Positions 19,307 through 29,400 of a DNA stretch of 64,000 nt are shown in pieces. Below the pieces are notes generated by a model, which saw only the letters and a list, made by a program, of their open reading frames with translations, was not told the origin of the DNA and did no database searches. Numbering within the stretch: position 1 is the stretch's first letter; each line of letters begins with the position of its first letter. The stretch is taken from assembly GCA_026416195.1 (NCBI GenBank), contig JAOAFQ010000012.1, positions 13,955-77,954 on the forward strand. Reading direction: 5' to 3'. The stretch is from Candidatus Aminicenantes bacterium (lineage in GTDB: Bacteria; Acidobacteriota; Aminicenantia; Aminicenantales; CALLJL01). Made by a program: the position numbers and the translations under genes.

Positions 19307-20058
19307 TTTTTCATTATCTCCTGAGCCAAGTTAAGATAAGCCTCAGCTCCTTTTGATTTTATATCATAAAGAATGATTGGTTTACCAAAACTTGGGGCCT
19401 CAGCCAAGCGAATACTCCTAGGTATAACCACCTCAAAGACAACTTGCTTCAGGGACTTTCTTATCTCTTCTGCTACCTGACGAGAAAGATTAGTCCTTTC
19501 GTCATACATAGTCAAGAGGATACCTTCAAGAGAAAGCTGAGGATTAAAATAACTTCTGACTTTATCAAAAGTGTTCAGAAGAGCAGGTATTCCCTCCATA
19601 CAAAAAAATTCACATTGAACTGGGATAAGGATGGTATCAGCGGCAGTTAAGGCGTTAATCGTCAAAAAGCCGAGGGAAGGAGGACAATCGATTAAAACGA
19701 AATGAAACTGGTTCTTAATCGGAGCAATTGCTTCTTTTAACTTTCTTTCTCTATTGTCAGCGGTAACGAGTTCAACTTCTGCTCCAGCGAGCTCAGGCGA
19801 ACAGGGACATAAATAAAAATTATCCAATTCAGTTCCCTGGATATGGTCAAGAAGTCTTTGACCATCCATCATGGCTGAATAGATTCCTTTTCTCGGAACA
19901 GGAGAACGACCAAGGCCCGCTGTCGCCATTCCCTGAGGATCTAAATCAATAAGAAGCACCCGATTATTCTTTAGGGCTAAGCAAGCTCCTAAATTGATAG
20001 CGGGCGTTGTTTTGCCTACCCCTCCTTTTTGATTAGCAATGGCAATAACTCGACCCAT
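19303..20058 (-). CDS. parA: Chromosome partitioning ATPase ParA/Soj
   Basis: [40 protein letters not shown]. Confidence 0.95.
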   Translation of the reverse strand: MGRVIAIANQKGGVGKTTPAINLGACLALKNNRVLLIDLDPQGMATAGLGRSPVPRKGIYSAMMDGQRLLDHIQGTELDNFYLCPCSPELAGAEVELVTADNRERKLKEAIAPIKNQFHFVLIDCPPSLGFLTINALTAADTILIPVQCEFFCMEGIPALLNTFDKVRSYFNPQLSLEGILLTMYDERTNLSRQVAEEIRKSLKQVVFEVVIPRSIRLAEAPSFGKPIILYDIKSKGAEAYLNLAQEIMKK

Positions 20059-20064
20059 TTTTAA

Positions 20065-21936
20065 TTATGTTTCACGTGAAACCTTAGGTTCAGAAGGCTT
20101 TTTTGTCTTTGCTTGTTTTATCTTCTTAAAATAAACATATAAATTAATTATCGTGGCGGGCGTAATTCCAGGAATCTTTTTGGCTTCCCCAAGGGTTCGT
20201 GGTTTGAATTTTCCCAATTTTTCGACTGCTTCCCTAGTCAGGCCAGGCACTTCTTGGAAATTAAAATCCTCAGGTATCTTAATTTCATTCACTTGGTTTA
20301 ACTCTTCTATTTCCCTTTGTTGTTTTTTAAGATAGCCTTCATATTTTATTTCAGCCTCGATGAATCGTTTCTCTTCAGCCGTAAGCTCTTCTAGGATCGG
20401 GGCATATTTTATCACATCACTTAAAGAAACTTGAGGCATTTTCAGATAATTTTTTAAAGTAAAACTCCCCCCTGCAGAGAAGGAAATTTTTTCCCTTTCG
20501 AGAAAAATCATTATTTTCTTCAATTTTTCTCTTTTTTTTAGATATTTTTGAAATTGCTCTTCCTTTATTAACCCAAATTGATAACCATACGGCGTCAATC
20601 GTTCATCAGCGTTATCAATTCTTAAATTCAATCTATACTCAGCCCTAGAAGTGAAAAGCCGATAAGGCTCTTCGACGCCTCGGGTGATTAGATCATCAAT
20701 TAAAACCCCAATATAGGCTTGATCTCGCCTTAATATAAAAGGCGGTTTTCCTTTTAATTTTAGCGCCGCATTAATGCCAGCAATCAAACCCTGGGCCGCT
20801 GCTTCTTCATAACCTGAGGTTCCATTTATTTGACCGGCCAAGAAAAGATTTTCTATTTCGATTAACTCAAGGTTGGGTTTTAATTGAGTGGGCAAAACCG
20901 CATCATATTCAATTCCATAAGCGGGGCGAAGGATTTTGGCTTGGTCAAGTCCTGGGATACTTTTTAGAATTTCTCTTTGAACTTCAAGAGGCAGGCTCGA
21001 AGAAAGGCCATTGACATAAATTTCAGTCGTGTCTAAACCCTCAGGCTCAAGGAAAAACTGATGCCGATTATGATGAGGAAATTTGACCACTTTATCCTCA
21101 ATGGAGGGACAATAGCGAGGTCCGATGCCTTTTATTTTGCCACTATAAAGAGGAGATTTATCAAGATTTCGCCGAATAATTTCATGGGTTTTTTCATTAG
21201 TATAACCGAGATAACAGAGAATCTTATTTTCAAGTTTTTTCTGAGTCCAAAAAGAGAATGGGACGGGCTCATCATCTCCAGGTTGGGGTGTAAAATAAGA
21301 CCAATCTATTGACTGACGATCGAGCCGCATAGGCGTTCCTGTTTTAAGTCGGATAATTTTTAAGCCAAGCCGCCGTAAACATTGACTTAATTCAATCGAT
21401 GGTGGCTCATTCGCTCGGCCTGCTGGATAGCTTTGAAGGCCAATATGGATTAAGCCATTAAGGAAAGTGCCAGGCGTTAAAATAACGGCTCGACTAATAA
21501 ATTCGCTGCCATCAAGAGTTCGCACCCCCCTGACTTGTCCATTAGCCACCAAAAGATCAATCACGATGGCCTGAAATAAAGTTAGACGGGGCACGCCCTC
21601 AAGCCAATGCTTCATTGTCAGGCGATACTTAGCCTTGTCACACTGAGCCCGAGGAGCCTGAACCGCTGGGCCCCGACTTCGATTGAGCAATCGAAACTGA
21701 ATCCCTGTTTCGTCGGTTAATCGGCCCATTAATCCGCCTAGAGCGTCAATTTCTCGAACAAGGTGACCTTTGGCCAAGCCACCCACAGCTGGATTACAGG
21801 ACATTTGGGCAATGGTTTCAAGGTGAATTGTTAAAAGAAGGGTCTCAAAGCCCATTTGGCTGGCGGCCCAAGCTGCTTCGCAGCCGGCATGACCAGCCCC
21901 AACGACAATGATATCATATTCTCCAATTATGGCCAT
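20065..21936 (-). CDS. mnmG: tRNA uridine 5-carboxymethylaminomethyl modification enzyme
   Basis: VVGAGHAGCEAA, MSCNPAVGG, RLKTGTP, GPRYCPSIEDK, AGQINGTSGYEEAAAQG, FTSRAEYRL. Confidence 0.97.
   Translation of the reverse strand: MAIIGEYDIIVVGAGHAGCEAAWAASQMGFETLLLTIHLETIAQMSCNPAVGGLAKGHLVREIDALGGLMGRLTDETGIQFRLLNRSRGPAVQAPRAQCDKAKYRLTMKHWLEGVPRLTLFQAIVIDLLVANGQVRGVRTLDGSEFISRAVILTPGTFLNGLIHIGLQSYPAGRANEPPSIELSQCLRRLGLKIIRLKTGTPMRLDRQSIDWSYFTPQPGDDEPVPFSFWTQKKLENKILCYLGYTNEKTHEIIRRNLDKSPLYSGKIKGIGPRYCPSIEDKVVKFPHHNRHQFFLEPEGLDTTEIYVNGLSSSLPLEVQREILKSIPGLDQAKILRPAYGIEYDAVLPTQLKPNLELIEIENLFLAGQINGTSGYEEAAAQGLIAGINAALKLKGKPPFILRRDQAYIGVLIDDLITRGVEEPYRLFTSRAEYRLNLRIDNADERLTPYGYQFGLIKEEQFQKYLKKREKLKKIMIFLEREKISFSAGGSFTLKNYLKMPQVSLSDVIKYAPILEELTAEEKRFIEAEIKYEGYLKKQQREIEELNQVNEIKIPEDFNFQEVPGLTREAVEKLGKFKPRTLGEAKKIPGITPATIINLYVYFKKIKQAKTKKPSEPKVSRET
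20068..20083. promoter_or_regulatory. parS: parS centromere-like site
   Basis: TGTTTCACGTGAAACC, 15/16 match to consensus TGTTTCACGTGAAACA with a perfect 14-bp palindrome core (20069-20082), 10 nt upstream of parA. Confidence 0.92.
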
Positions 21937-21937
21937 T

Positions 21938-23317
21938 TTATTTGCCCAGGCAAAATTCCTGGAAAATAGCGTTGATTATTTCCTCAGATTTAATTTCGCC
22001 AGTCAATTGACCAAGAACTTCTGTGGCCGGCCGGAGTTCTTCGGCTACAATTTCCTCAGAATATCCCGCCTCGAGCTTCTCGCAAGCTTGGGTCAGAGCT
22101 TCTTTTATTCTTTCTAAAGCTACTTTTTCTCGCCAGTGAAAGATAACCTCTTCATGGTCTTGCCTCATGGCAGGCGGGAAAACTTCTAACATAGCTTTTC
22201 GAAGTTTATCCAGATTAGTTTTGTGCAAAGCTGAGACTTCAATGATGGGCTTCCCAGAAGCGAAGTTTTCAAGTTGTCGCCTCTCAAGCCTTGAGGGGAG
22301 ATCAATTTTATTGATTACCAAAATGGCTTTTTTATCCTGAGCCAGACCAAGAATCTCATAGTCATCTTGGGATATAGGTTGAGAATTATCTAGAATAACC
22401 AGTAAACCTTGAGCTTGAGAGGCTAAAGCTTGACCTCGCCTTATGCCCTCCTCTTCGACAGGATGACCTGGCTGACCAAGACCGGCCATGTCAATTAGCT
22501 TGAAAAGGAACTCGCCAATTTTGATCCTTTCTTCAAGATAATCGCGCGTTGTTCCTGGATAGGGGCTAACTATCGCCCTTTCTTTTTCGAGAAGAGCGTT
22601 AAAAAGAGTAGATTTACCGACATTGGCCCGACCAACTAGGGCCAAGGTAAGTCCTTGCATCATTGCTTGACCAAGGTCATGGGATTGAATGAGTTTGTCG
22701 ACCTCCCTGACAATTTCTTTTATTTTTCGGCTAATTTCTTCCAGGTTAATTTGAAGACCCTCATCGGGAAATTCAATGGCTGCCTCCACCTGACTTAAAA
22801 GGTCAATTAAAGCTTTTCGCAAACTATCAATTTTCTTAGATAACCGACCGCTGAGCTGGCCATAAGAAAGTCTGGCTTGAGTCAGGGATGTCGCTCGGAT
22901 TAAATCATTAACCGCCTCGGCTTGAAGCAAATCAATCCGTCCATGGAGATAAGCTCTCAGGGTAAATTCCCCGGGATGGGCCAAACGGGCGCCAGCTTTA
23001 AGACCAAGACGAACCACTTCTTCTAAAATGATTGGACTGCCATGGCAAATAATTTCCACCATATCCTCCCGAGTATAGGAGCGAGGGGCAGGGAAATAGA
23101 CAGCTGTGGCTTCATCAAAAGCTTCGTCTTTTTCAAAATCAATTAAGGTTCCCTGGACAAGAGACCAGGCTTTTAATTCTGTTTTAGCCCGGAATATTTT
23201 CATGGCAATCTCTAAAGCCTTAGGACCACTCAAGCGAATTATTCCTAAGGCCGATTGACCAGGAGGCGTAGCGATCGCAATTATCGTCTTGGTTAAATCA
23301 ATTTCTTGGATAATCAT
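21938..23317 (-). CDS. mnmE: tRNA modification GTPase
   Basis: AIATPPG, CHGSP, GRANVGKSTLFN, GTTRD, DMAG, NKID, C-terminal FCLGK. Confidence 0.96.
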   Translation of the reverse strand: MIIQEIDLTKTIIAIATPPGQSALGIIRLSGPKALEIAMKIFRAKTELKAWSLVQGTLIDFEKDEAFDEATAVYFPAPRSYTREDMVEIICHGSPIILEEVVRLGLKAGARLAHPGEFTLRAYLHGRIDLLQAEAVNDLIRATSLTQARLSYGQLSGRLSKKIDSLRKALIDLLSQVEAAIEFPDEGLQINLEEISRKIKEIVREVDKLIQSHDLGQAMMQGLTLALVGRANVGKSTLFNALLEKERAIVSPYPGTTRDYLEERIKIGEFLFKLIDMAGLGQPGHPVEEEGIRRGQALASQAQGLLVILDNSQPISQDDYEILGLAQDKKAILVINKIDLPSRLERRQLENFASGKPIIEVSALHKTNLDKLRKAMLEVFPPAMRQDHEEVIFHWREKVALERIKEALTQACEKLEAGYSEEIVAEELRPATEVLGQLTGEIKSEEIINAIFQEFCLGK

Positions 23318-23462
23318 GACCTAAAAATTTAGAATAAACTGGTTAAAGGCTACATCTTCCTTAGCTCTTCTTCTAATAATGATTATTATGAATTTATTTT
23401 AAATTTCAAAGGAGCTAAATTTTAAGTTAAAAAAATTAAAGAGCTAAAATTTTGAATTGACC

Positions 23463-24086
23463 TTAAGTTTTAAGAGGATAAATTCTCACCTTTTTGTAAA
23501 ATCCTTCCCCCAGACTTTCAGTGCTTAAACCAGGAATTTCATTAACGACGAGATGAATTATTCGTCGCTCATAAGGATTCATTGGTTCCAAAATCTCTTC
23601 GTGGCCAGTGGCTAAGACCTTCTGAGCTGTCCTTTCCGCTATATCTCTAAGTTTTCTTTCCTTTTTTCTTCGGAAAAAGTCACAATCTACTTGAATTTTT
23701 CGGTCTGAAATCTTATTGAGAATATGCTGGATAGCTAAAAGGAGAGCTCCTTCCTGACGTAACAGAAGACCACGGTCAGGGCCATCAAAAACCAGATAGA
23801 GGAAATTATTCTTTTTTTTAACTTCAAAACTCAATTCAAGGGGAAAAAGAGTTAAAAATTTTTGCAAGAAGGTGCTTATCCCCTCAGCTTCATTAGATTC
23901 TTTTGGCCAAGCCCGAATTACAATTTCCTTCCCCTTAAAACCAAAAAGCTTCGTCTTCTCCGTAACGACTTCAAAAGAAATTTTATCCCGGGGAAGCTTT
24001 AGATTATGCTCAGCATTACTCAAAGCTTCATCTAGATTTCTTCCCCTGAATTCAAAAACTTCATTATTTCTTTGATTTTTTCCCAT
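23463..24086 (-). CDS. jag: Jag/EloR/KhpB RNA-binding protein (Jag_N, KH, R3H)
   Basis: GRNLDEAL, MNPYERRIIH, TESLGEG; canonical position after yidC. Confidence 0.9.
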   Translation of the reverse strand: MGKNQRNNEVFEFRGRNLDEALSNAEHNLKLPRDKISFEVVTEKTKLFGFKGKEIVIRAWPKESNEAEGISTFLQKFLTLFPLELSFEVKKKNNFLYLVFDGPDRGLLLRQEGALLLAIQHILNKISDRKIQVDCDFFRRKKERKLRDIAERTAQKVLATGHEEILEPMNPYERRIIHLVVNEIPGLSTESLGEGFYKKVRIYPLKT

Positions 24087-25707
24087 GAACTTGACTCTTT
24101 TTTCGCCTCATCAGGCGATTCATGAGATATTGTTGGATAATCTGTAGGACATTGTTGGTTAGCCAATAGAGAACTAGACCACTTTGAAAATTAATAAAAA
24201 TAATTGTCATAAAAATGGGCATGATTAAAGTTAATCTTCTTTGAGTTGGGTCCGCTGAGGTGGGCACCATTTTTTGACTTATGTATTGGGTTATCCCCAT
24301 CAATATAGGCAAGATATAATAGGGATCGCGACTAGAAAGATCCTTTATCCAGAGGATAAAAGGGCTCCGCCTTAATTCAATGGCAATCACTAATAGTCGA
24401 TAAAAAGCAATAAAAACCGGCAATTGAATCAAGATTGGCAAACAGCCAGCAGCTGGATTAATTCCGTGCTCTTTATAGAGCCTCATCATTTCTTCATTCA
24501 ATTTCCGACGTTCCTCAAGATCTCGACGAGCTTTCTTGTATTTGGCCTGAAGAGCTTTGATTTTGGGCTGAAGCTCCTGCATTTTGGCCATTGATTTTGT
24601 GCTGCTGTAAGTCAGGGGAAAAAAGATAATTTTGACAACTAGAGTCATTAGGATGATGGCCACTCCCCAATTAGGAATAAATCGATAAAAGGCCTTCAAG
24701 CCAAGAAGAAGAACTTCAACGATGGCTCCAAAGAAACCAAAATTAATAAGTTTTTTAGTTTCGTAACCAAAGCTCTTTAAGCTATCAATTTCTTTGGGCC
24801 CAATTCGAATAATCTTAGGGGGGTTAGTCCCCAAAAAATAACCTGAAATTGTCTGACCGGTCTCAGGAAGCGCTATAGACTCCTTAAAGAAATGGGCCCG
24901 ACCTTGATTTTCAGGGAAAAGAAAAAGAGCAGCCGTGTAATTATCCTCATAGGCCGCCCACAAAAGCGAAGTATATTCAACCTTTTGCTCTTTAAGTTTC
25001 TTTTCAGCCAACCGTAAAACCTTAGGCGGCCAATAAAAAGCAACTCCTCCAGATTCCAGAGAACCAATTTTCCCTCCAGGAAGTTGATGGTAACCAATCC
25101 CTGGTCCCCAGATCACCAAAAAGTCAACTTGACGGCCGTCCTTGTATAAAGAAATCTCAACTTCAAAATCATATGAACCACCACGGAAGATAAATGTTTT
25201 GATTATATATACACTTTTCCCATCGGAATAATAGAATTTTAATTCCCCTTTTTCTCCATCGGCCAAAGATAAAGAATCCTTTGATTCTCGATAAATAGCC
25301 TGATTGGCTACATTTTCAAGGCTTTTATCTTCCAGTCTTAGGGAAAGAGGATAAACCTTCAGGAGCTCGGCAAGAGAGGAAACCACTTCAAGAGGCTGAT
25401 TGGTTTCATCCAAATAGCGGTTTAAGCGCCAGCTGGTCAGGACAGCCCCTCGGTTCTTCCATTTGGCTGTATAAAGAGAAGTGGTCACAGTTATTTCTTT
25501 TTCTTCTTCCCCGACCAAAGCTTCGGGAATTATGATTGAGGGAATTGCTTCAAAAGATTTCATCTCGCCTGGCTTTTCTTCAGGGATTGGCTCTTCCTTA
25601 GACATTTGGCTGCCAACCTGTGGCCTCGGCGGTTTAATAAAAAGAAACTGAAATAGAAGGAGCACCAGAATCGATAGAACCATCGCTAGAAGTAATCTTT
25701 TTTCCAT
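24064..25707 (-). CDS. yidC: Membrane protein insertase
   Basis: NWGVAIILMT, PLTYSS, INPAAGCLPILIQLP, WIKDLS, GLVLYWLTNN. Confidence 0.96.
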   Translation of the reverse strand: MEKRLLLAMVLSILVLLLFQFLFIKPPRPQVGSQMSKEEPIPEEKPGEMKSFEAIPSIIIPEALVGEEEKEITVTTSLYTAKWKNRGAVLTSWRLNRYLDETNQPLEVVSSLAELLKVYPLSLRLEDKSLENVANQAIYRESKDSLSLADGEKGELKFYYSDGKSVYIIKTFIFRGGSYDFEVEISLYKDGRQVDFLVIWGPGIGYHQLPGGKIGSLESGGVAFYWPPKVLRLAEKKLKEQKVEYTSLLWAAYEDNYTAALFLFPENQGRAHFFKESIALPETGQTISGYFLGTNPPKIIRIGPKEIDSLKSFGYETKKLINFGFFGAIVEVLLLGLKAFYRFIPNWGVAIILMTLVVKIIFFPLTYSSTKSMAKMQELQPKIKALQAKYKKARRDLEERRKLNEEMMRLYKEHGINPAAGCLPILIQLPVFIAFYRLLVIAIELRRSPFILWIKDLSSRDPYYILPILMGITQYISQKMVPTSADPTQRRLTLIMPIFMTIIFINFQSGLVLYWLTNNVLQIIQQYLMNRLMRRKKSQVHGKKSKK

Positions 25708-25718
25708 AACCTCGCCTC

Positions 25719-25928
25719 TTAAGGCACAGGATCAAAACCGCCAGGATGCAGGGGATGACAACGAAGAAGCCTGATTAAAGCCAACCCTGTCCCTTTGAAA
25801 AAGCCGTATTTTCTTAAGGCTTCATAAGCATAATCAGAACAGGAAGGAGCAAAACGACATCGAATCCCTAGAAGAGGAGAAATAAACTGTTGATAAAATC
25901 TGATCAAAATTAAACTAAGATTGATCAA
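25719..25928 (-). CDS. yidD: Membrane protein insertion efficiency factor
   Basis: [32 protein letters not shown]. Confidence 0.93.
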   Translation of the reverse strand: MINLSLILIRFYQQFISPLLGIRCRFAPSCSDYAYEALRKYGFFKGTGLALIRLLRCHPLHPGGFDPVP

Positions 25929-26281
25929 TTCTTTTTCTCTCTATGGGCAATTCGATTAAGGGTGCGAAAGTATTCTTCCCGATATACCTGCCAGCTAATA
26001 CCCTCAATTCCTTGAGTTGCCACCACCAATATATCCATGGGAAAGGGAATTCGACTTTTATTACGACGAAAAAGCTCACGCACCCACCGTTTAATTTTAT
26101 TTCTAAGCACGGCTTTACCTATTTTCCGGCTGACTACCACCCCCAGGCGGGAGTAGCCAAGATTGTTTTCATGATAAATCAAGTTGAAGTATTTTCCTTT
26201 AACCCGATGACCTTTTTGATATAAAAATAAAAAGTCTTTCTTCTTTCTAATTCTTTCGTGAGCCCTTAGCCCCTCATCCAT
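25925..26281 (-). CDS. rnpA: Ribonuclease P protein component
   Basis: [25 protein letters not shown]; real start is ATG 26281, coupled to the rpmH stop (TAATG); the 165-aa track ORF is over-extended. Confidence 0.93.
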   Translation of the reverse strand: MDEGLRAHERIRKKKDFLFLYQKGHRVKGKYFNLIYHENNLGYSRLGVVVSRKIGKAVLRNKIKRWVRELFRRNKSRIPFPMDILVVATQGIEGISWQVYREEYFRTLNRIAHREKKN

Positions 26282-26415
26282 TAAACCGCCAGACGTTTGC
26301 GACCTTTCTGGCGACGCCTTTTGAGGACTTTTATTCCGCCTCGGGTTTTCATTCTGACTCGAAAGCCGTGGGTCTTTTTGCGATGTCGAAGATTGGGCTG
26401 ATAAGTTCTTTTCAT
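26281..26415 (-). CDS. rpmH: 50S ribosomal protein L34 (not in ORF track)
   Basis: Hand translation: [44 protein letters not shown], 44 aa. Confidence 0.97.
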   Translation of the reverse strand: MKRTYQPNLRHRKKTHGFRVRMKTRGGIKVLKRRRQKGRKRLAV

Positions 26416-26433
26416 CGCTCACCTTAAATGCTT

Positions 26434-26462
26434 ATGTTATTAAACCTTAACTTCTCTGTCAA
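26434..26462 (-). promoter_or_regulatory. Sigma70-type promoter of rpmH operon
   Basis: Minus strand TTGACA-N17-TAACAT, 19 nt upstream of the rpmH ATG. Confidence 0.7.
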
Positions 26463-26485
26463 GTTGTCTCTATTTGTTTTTGGAT

Positions 26486-29400
26486 CTATCTTTCCAACTG
26501 ATCATAGAGGGGGAAGGCTGGAATGAAACGGCCACTTTCATTAGAAACAGTGATGGCTAAAATCCGCAAAGTTTCATTATAGGGCAAGGTCAATCTTCTG
26601 GGATTTTCTGGAGTTTCTATGATATAAGCAAAAAGATAACAATAGCTATAAGGCTCATTCGAACCATCAATTCCGTGGAGATGAGAACTAAACCAAGCGA
26701 CTGGCGCTGGTTTGATATAACCAGGTACTAAGCCGGCAAATTCCATAACTTCCCTAATTGGCGGCGGCGAGAAAAGCAAAGGGGGTGAACTGGCTGAGGA
26801 AGACCGAGGAGAAAGAAGCTCTTCTTTTATTGTCCAAAGCCTCCGATCCCACTGGCCTATGTATCCATCCCAGCTTTGAATGATGAGTTCAACGGGTCTT
26901 TCTTCGACCCAAAAAGTAGCTCTCTGATCGCTCGAAGCAGAGGCGGCCAAAAGATAAAGTCTCTTATTGTCGCCTTCAGGTAAGGCGACGGTCTGACCTT
27001 TAGGGATAAGAGCGTTTGGTCCAACCGCTGGCCCTAAGGCAAAGCGAATCGCGCCAAATTCTATTTCAGGGGGAAGCATCTCGGAAGGAAGGCACCGACC
27101 AGAAGCATCGAACCCTCGTTGATTCATTGAACCATCAGGGCAAGCGGCGGCCAGATCATAGTTAAGAGGGACGGGTTTAAATTTGGGAGGTTCAGTCTTA
27201 AAGGGAGCAGGAGCCAAATCCAGAGCAAGACTTTTGATCTCGTATGGTTTAAGAGTAAACATTAAACTTTTAGTTTGGGCGGCTGAACCTTTAATCATCA
27301 AATCTCTCAAAGGATCTTCAACTCCATTGACCTCCCTGGCTTTCAAAATGGGTGCCTCGACATCCAAATTAACTGGCCTTGTTGCACCATCCATTTCTAC
27401 AACCCGAAGAATAATGGCCTCGCTATCTTCAGCCTTTTTTAAGGCCATTAGCCTAACTCGACTTGTATTGAAGCGAAGGAAAGAGAAGCTTTTGCCCAGA
27501 GGACCAGGATGGGCTGGACCAGTAAAAACGAGAAGAGGTTGATTGAGTCGATAGCCCTGCCAGTCTGTCTCATCCAGACGATAATTGCCCCTGTGAGCCG
27601 TCAAGCCAAAAAGAATCTCATGTCGGCCCCAATCCTGACTTGATTGATCCCCATAAGCTTCCCAACCTTGACTTATTCCAGGAGTTCTGAGCAAAGTCAA
27701 GCGAATGGTATGGTCATTAGGTTTATCACTCCCAATTTTACAATCCGTTAAGATAGTCACCCCAAAAGATTGACTACTATCAGTCAAATCTATCCATTGA
27801 TGGGAGGGAACTTCGAATTGTTTTTCCGTGTTAGTCGGCCTTTGGACTGTCCCAACACCCCAATTATAAGTAGCCATTTTATTTTTTGCGGTTAATGGGA
27901 AGACAACCTTTAAATGAGCTTCAGGGGTATGCCAGTCTATCAGGTTATAAAATTCAACTCTTTGACCAGCCTCACCGGCGGCGAGTCGAATAATTTGGCG
28001 AAATTTTGAGCCCTCAGCTTCTCGGGTTACCTCTAGAGCGACCCGAGCTGGGCCCCTTTCGATAATTCTCGTTTTGGCCGGGCCAGCCACGTAAGCTCGG
28101 GGCGGTCGGATTTGATCTTCCCAATCCATATTCCATGCTGGCCATTGAGCTGGTTTATCCGTTTTAATTTCTAATCTAATCGGGCTAGAAAGAAGTTCTC
28201 GCCGCAGTTTTTTGTCATAAATACTTTTGACATCACCCTTTTCATCTAAGCTTACTCGATAGCGTTCATTTTCTAGGCTATTTTCGGTAACTTTTAAAGT
28301 TGAAGGTAAGCTCACCTCAGCCGGCCGGACATCATACACTGCCAAACCGACAGATGAAACTTTGGCTACAAAAATAACCCGATCCTCTTCTAGCTGAGCT
28401 GGAACTTCCCGGCCATCAGGGCCAAAAACTCGGACTGCTTTCGGGCGCCCCCCAGGAAAATTAAGCTTCGCTTCCACAACTTCTTCGCGAGCAATATTAA
28501 GGGGATTAAAAACTACCACCGGAACACCCTTAGCCCGAGTATCTAGCTGGGTGGCCAAAGCTTCAATTGAACTCTCAATAACCCCGGAAAAAAGATTCAT
28601 CGCTAAAACTTCATCATTCCAGGAATACTCATAGGCTTTAGGAATACTGGTCCCTGGAAGAATATCATGAAATTGAGCGGCCAGAACCAAACCCCAGGCC
28701 TCATTAATCTTTTTTTGAGGATAAGACCTTAGACCTAACCAGGAGGCCATAACGGCAGCTTTTTCCGCCGCTTCAGCCAAAGTTTCATTGAGACGATTCC
28801 AACGCTTCATATAAGCTTGAGAGGTAATAGAGCCGGCTGAATGATTGGTCAACTCCAAATCTCCCTGATATCGAGGCAAACCCTTGATCATTTCAGGCGT
28901 CAAATCAAGGAAAAGCTGCTCGGCCGTGGCTGAAACTACAGTTACTGGACCATCTCCAACCTGAACTTCAGGTCTGGGTTCAGGTTTTTTCAGAGGCTCA
29001 ATTATTTGAGGCCGCCTAAGCTCTAAGGATGGAAGAACAGTTTTGGCTTTAGTCACAATAGCTTCGAGCAATCGGACAGAAGACTCAGAGGGAGAGCCAC
29101 CTGTATCACCTGTTCCATAATACATATAATCAGCATAAACACCGCTGACCTGGCCATTAAGCATTATTCGAGCTGGCCAATCAACCAAGGGCCGCCTAGC
29201 TTGTTCACCGGCTGGCCGCTCGGGTGGGGTCTTGCTCAAGTCATAGGTGATGTTTTGGGCATAACTTCCTGGATTAAAGGCAGCAACCACCGCTTGACCA
29301 TCGGGACCGACCCAAAGACCAAGATTGAAGGGGATACCTTCTGGTGTCTTTTGAGGAGAATTCGGACCACCTACGGGCGCATTGGACCCCCAAGTCAACT

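Noticed and set aside
23361-23453. Three GAGCTAA heptamers between jag and mnmE
   Set aside because: Short, irregularly spaced, and the heptamer occurs elsewhere in the window (e.g. 7739)
26282-26422. N-terminal 47-aa extension of the RnpA ORF in the track
   Set aside because: It is an alternate-frame reading of rpmH; RnpA starts at the coupled ATG 26281
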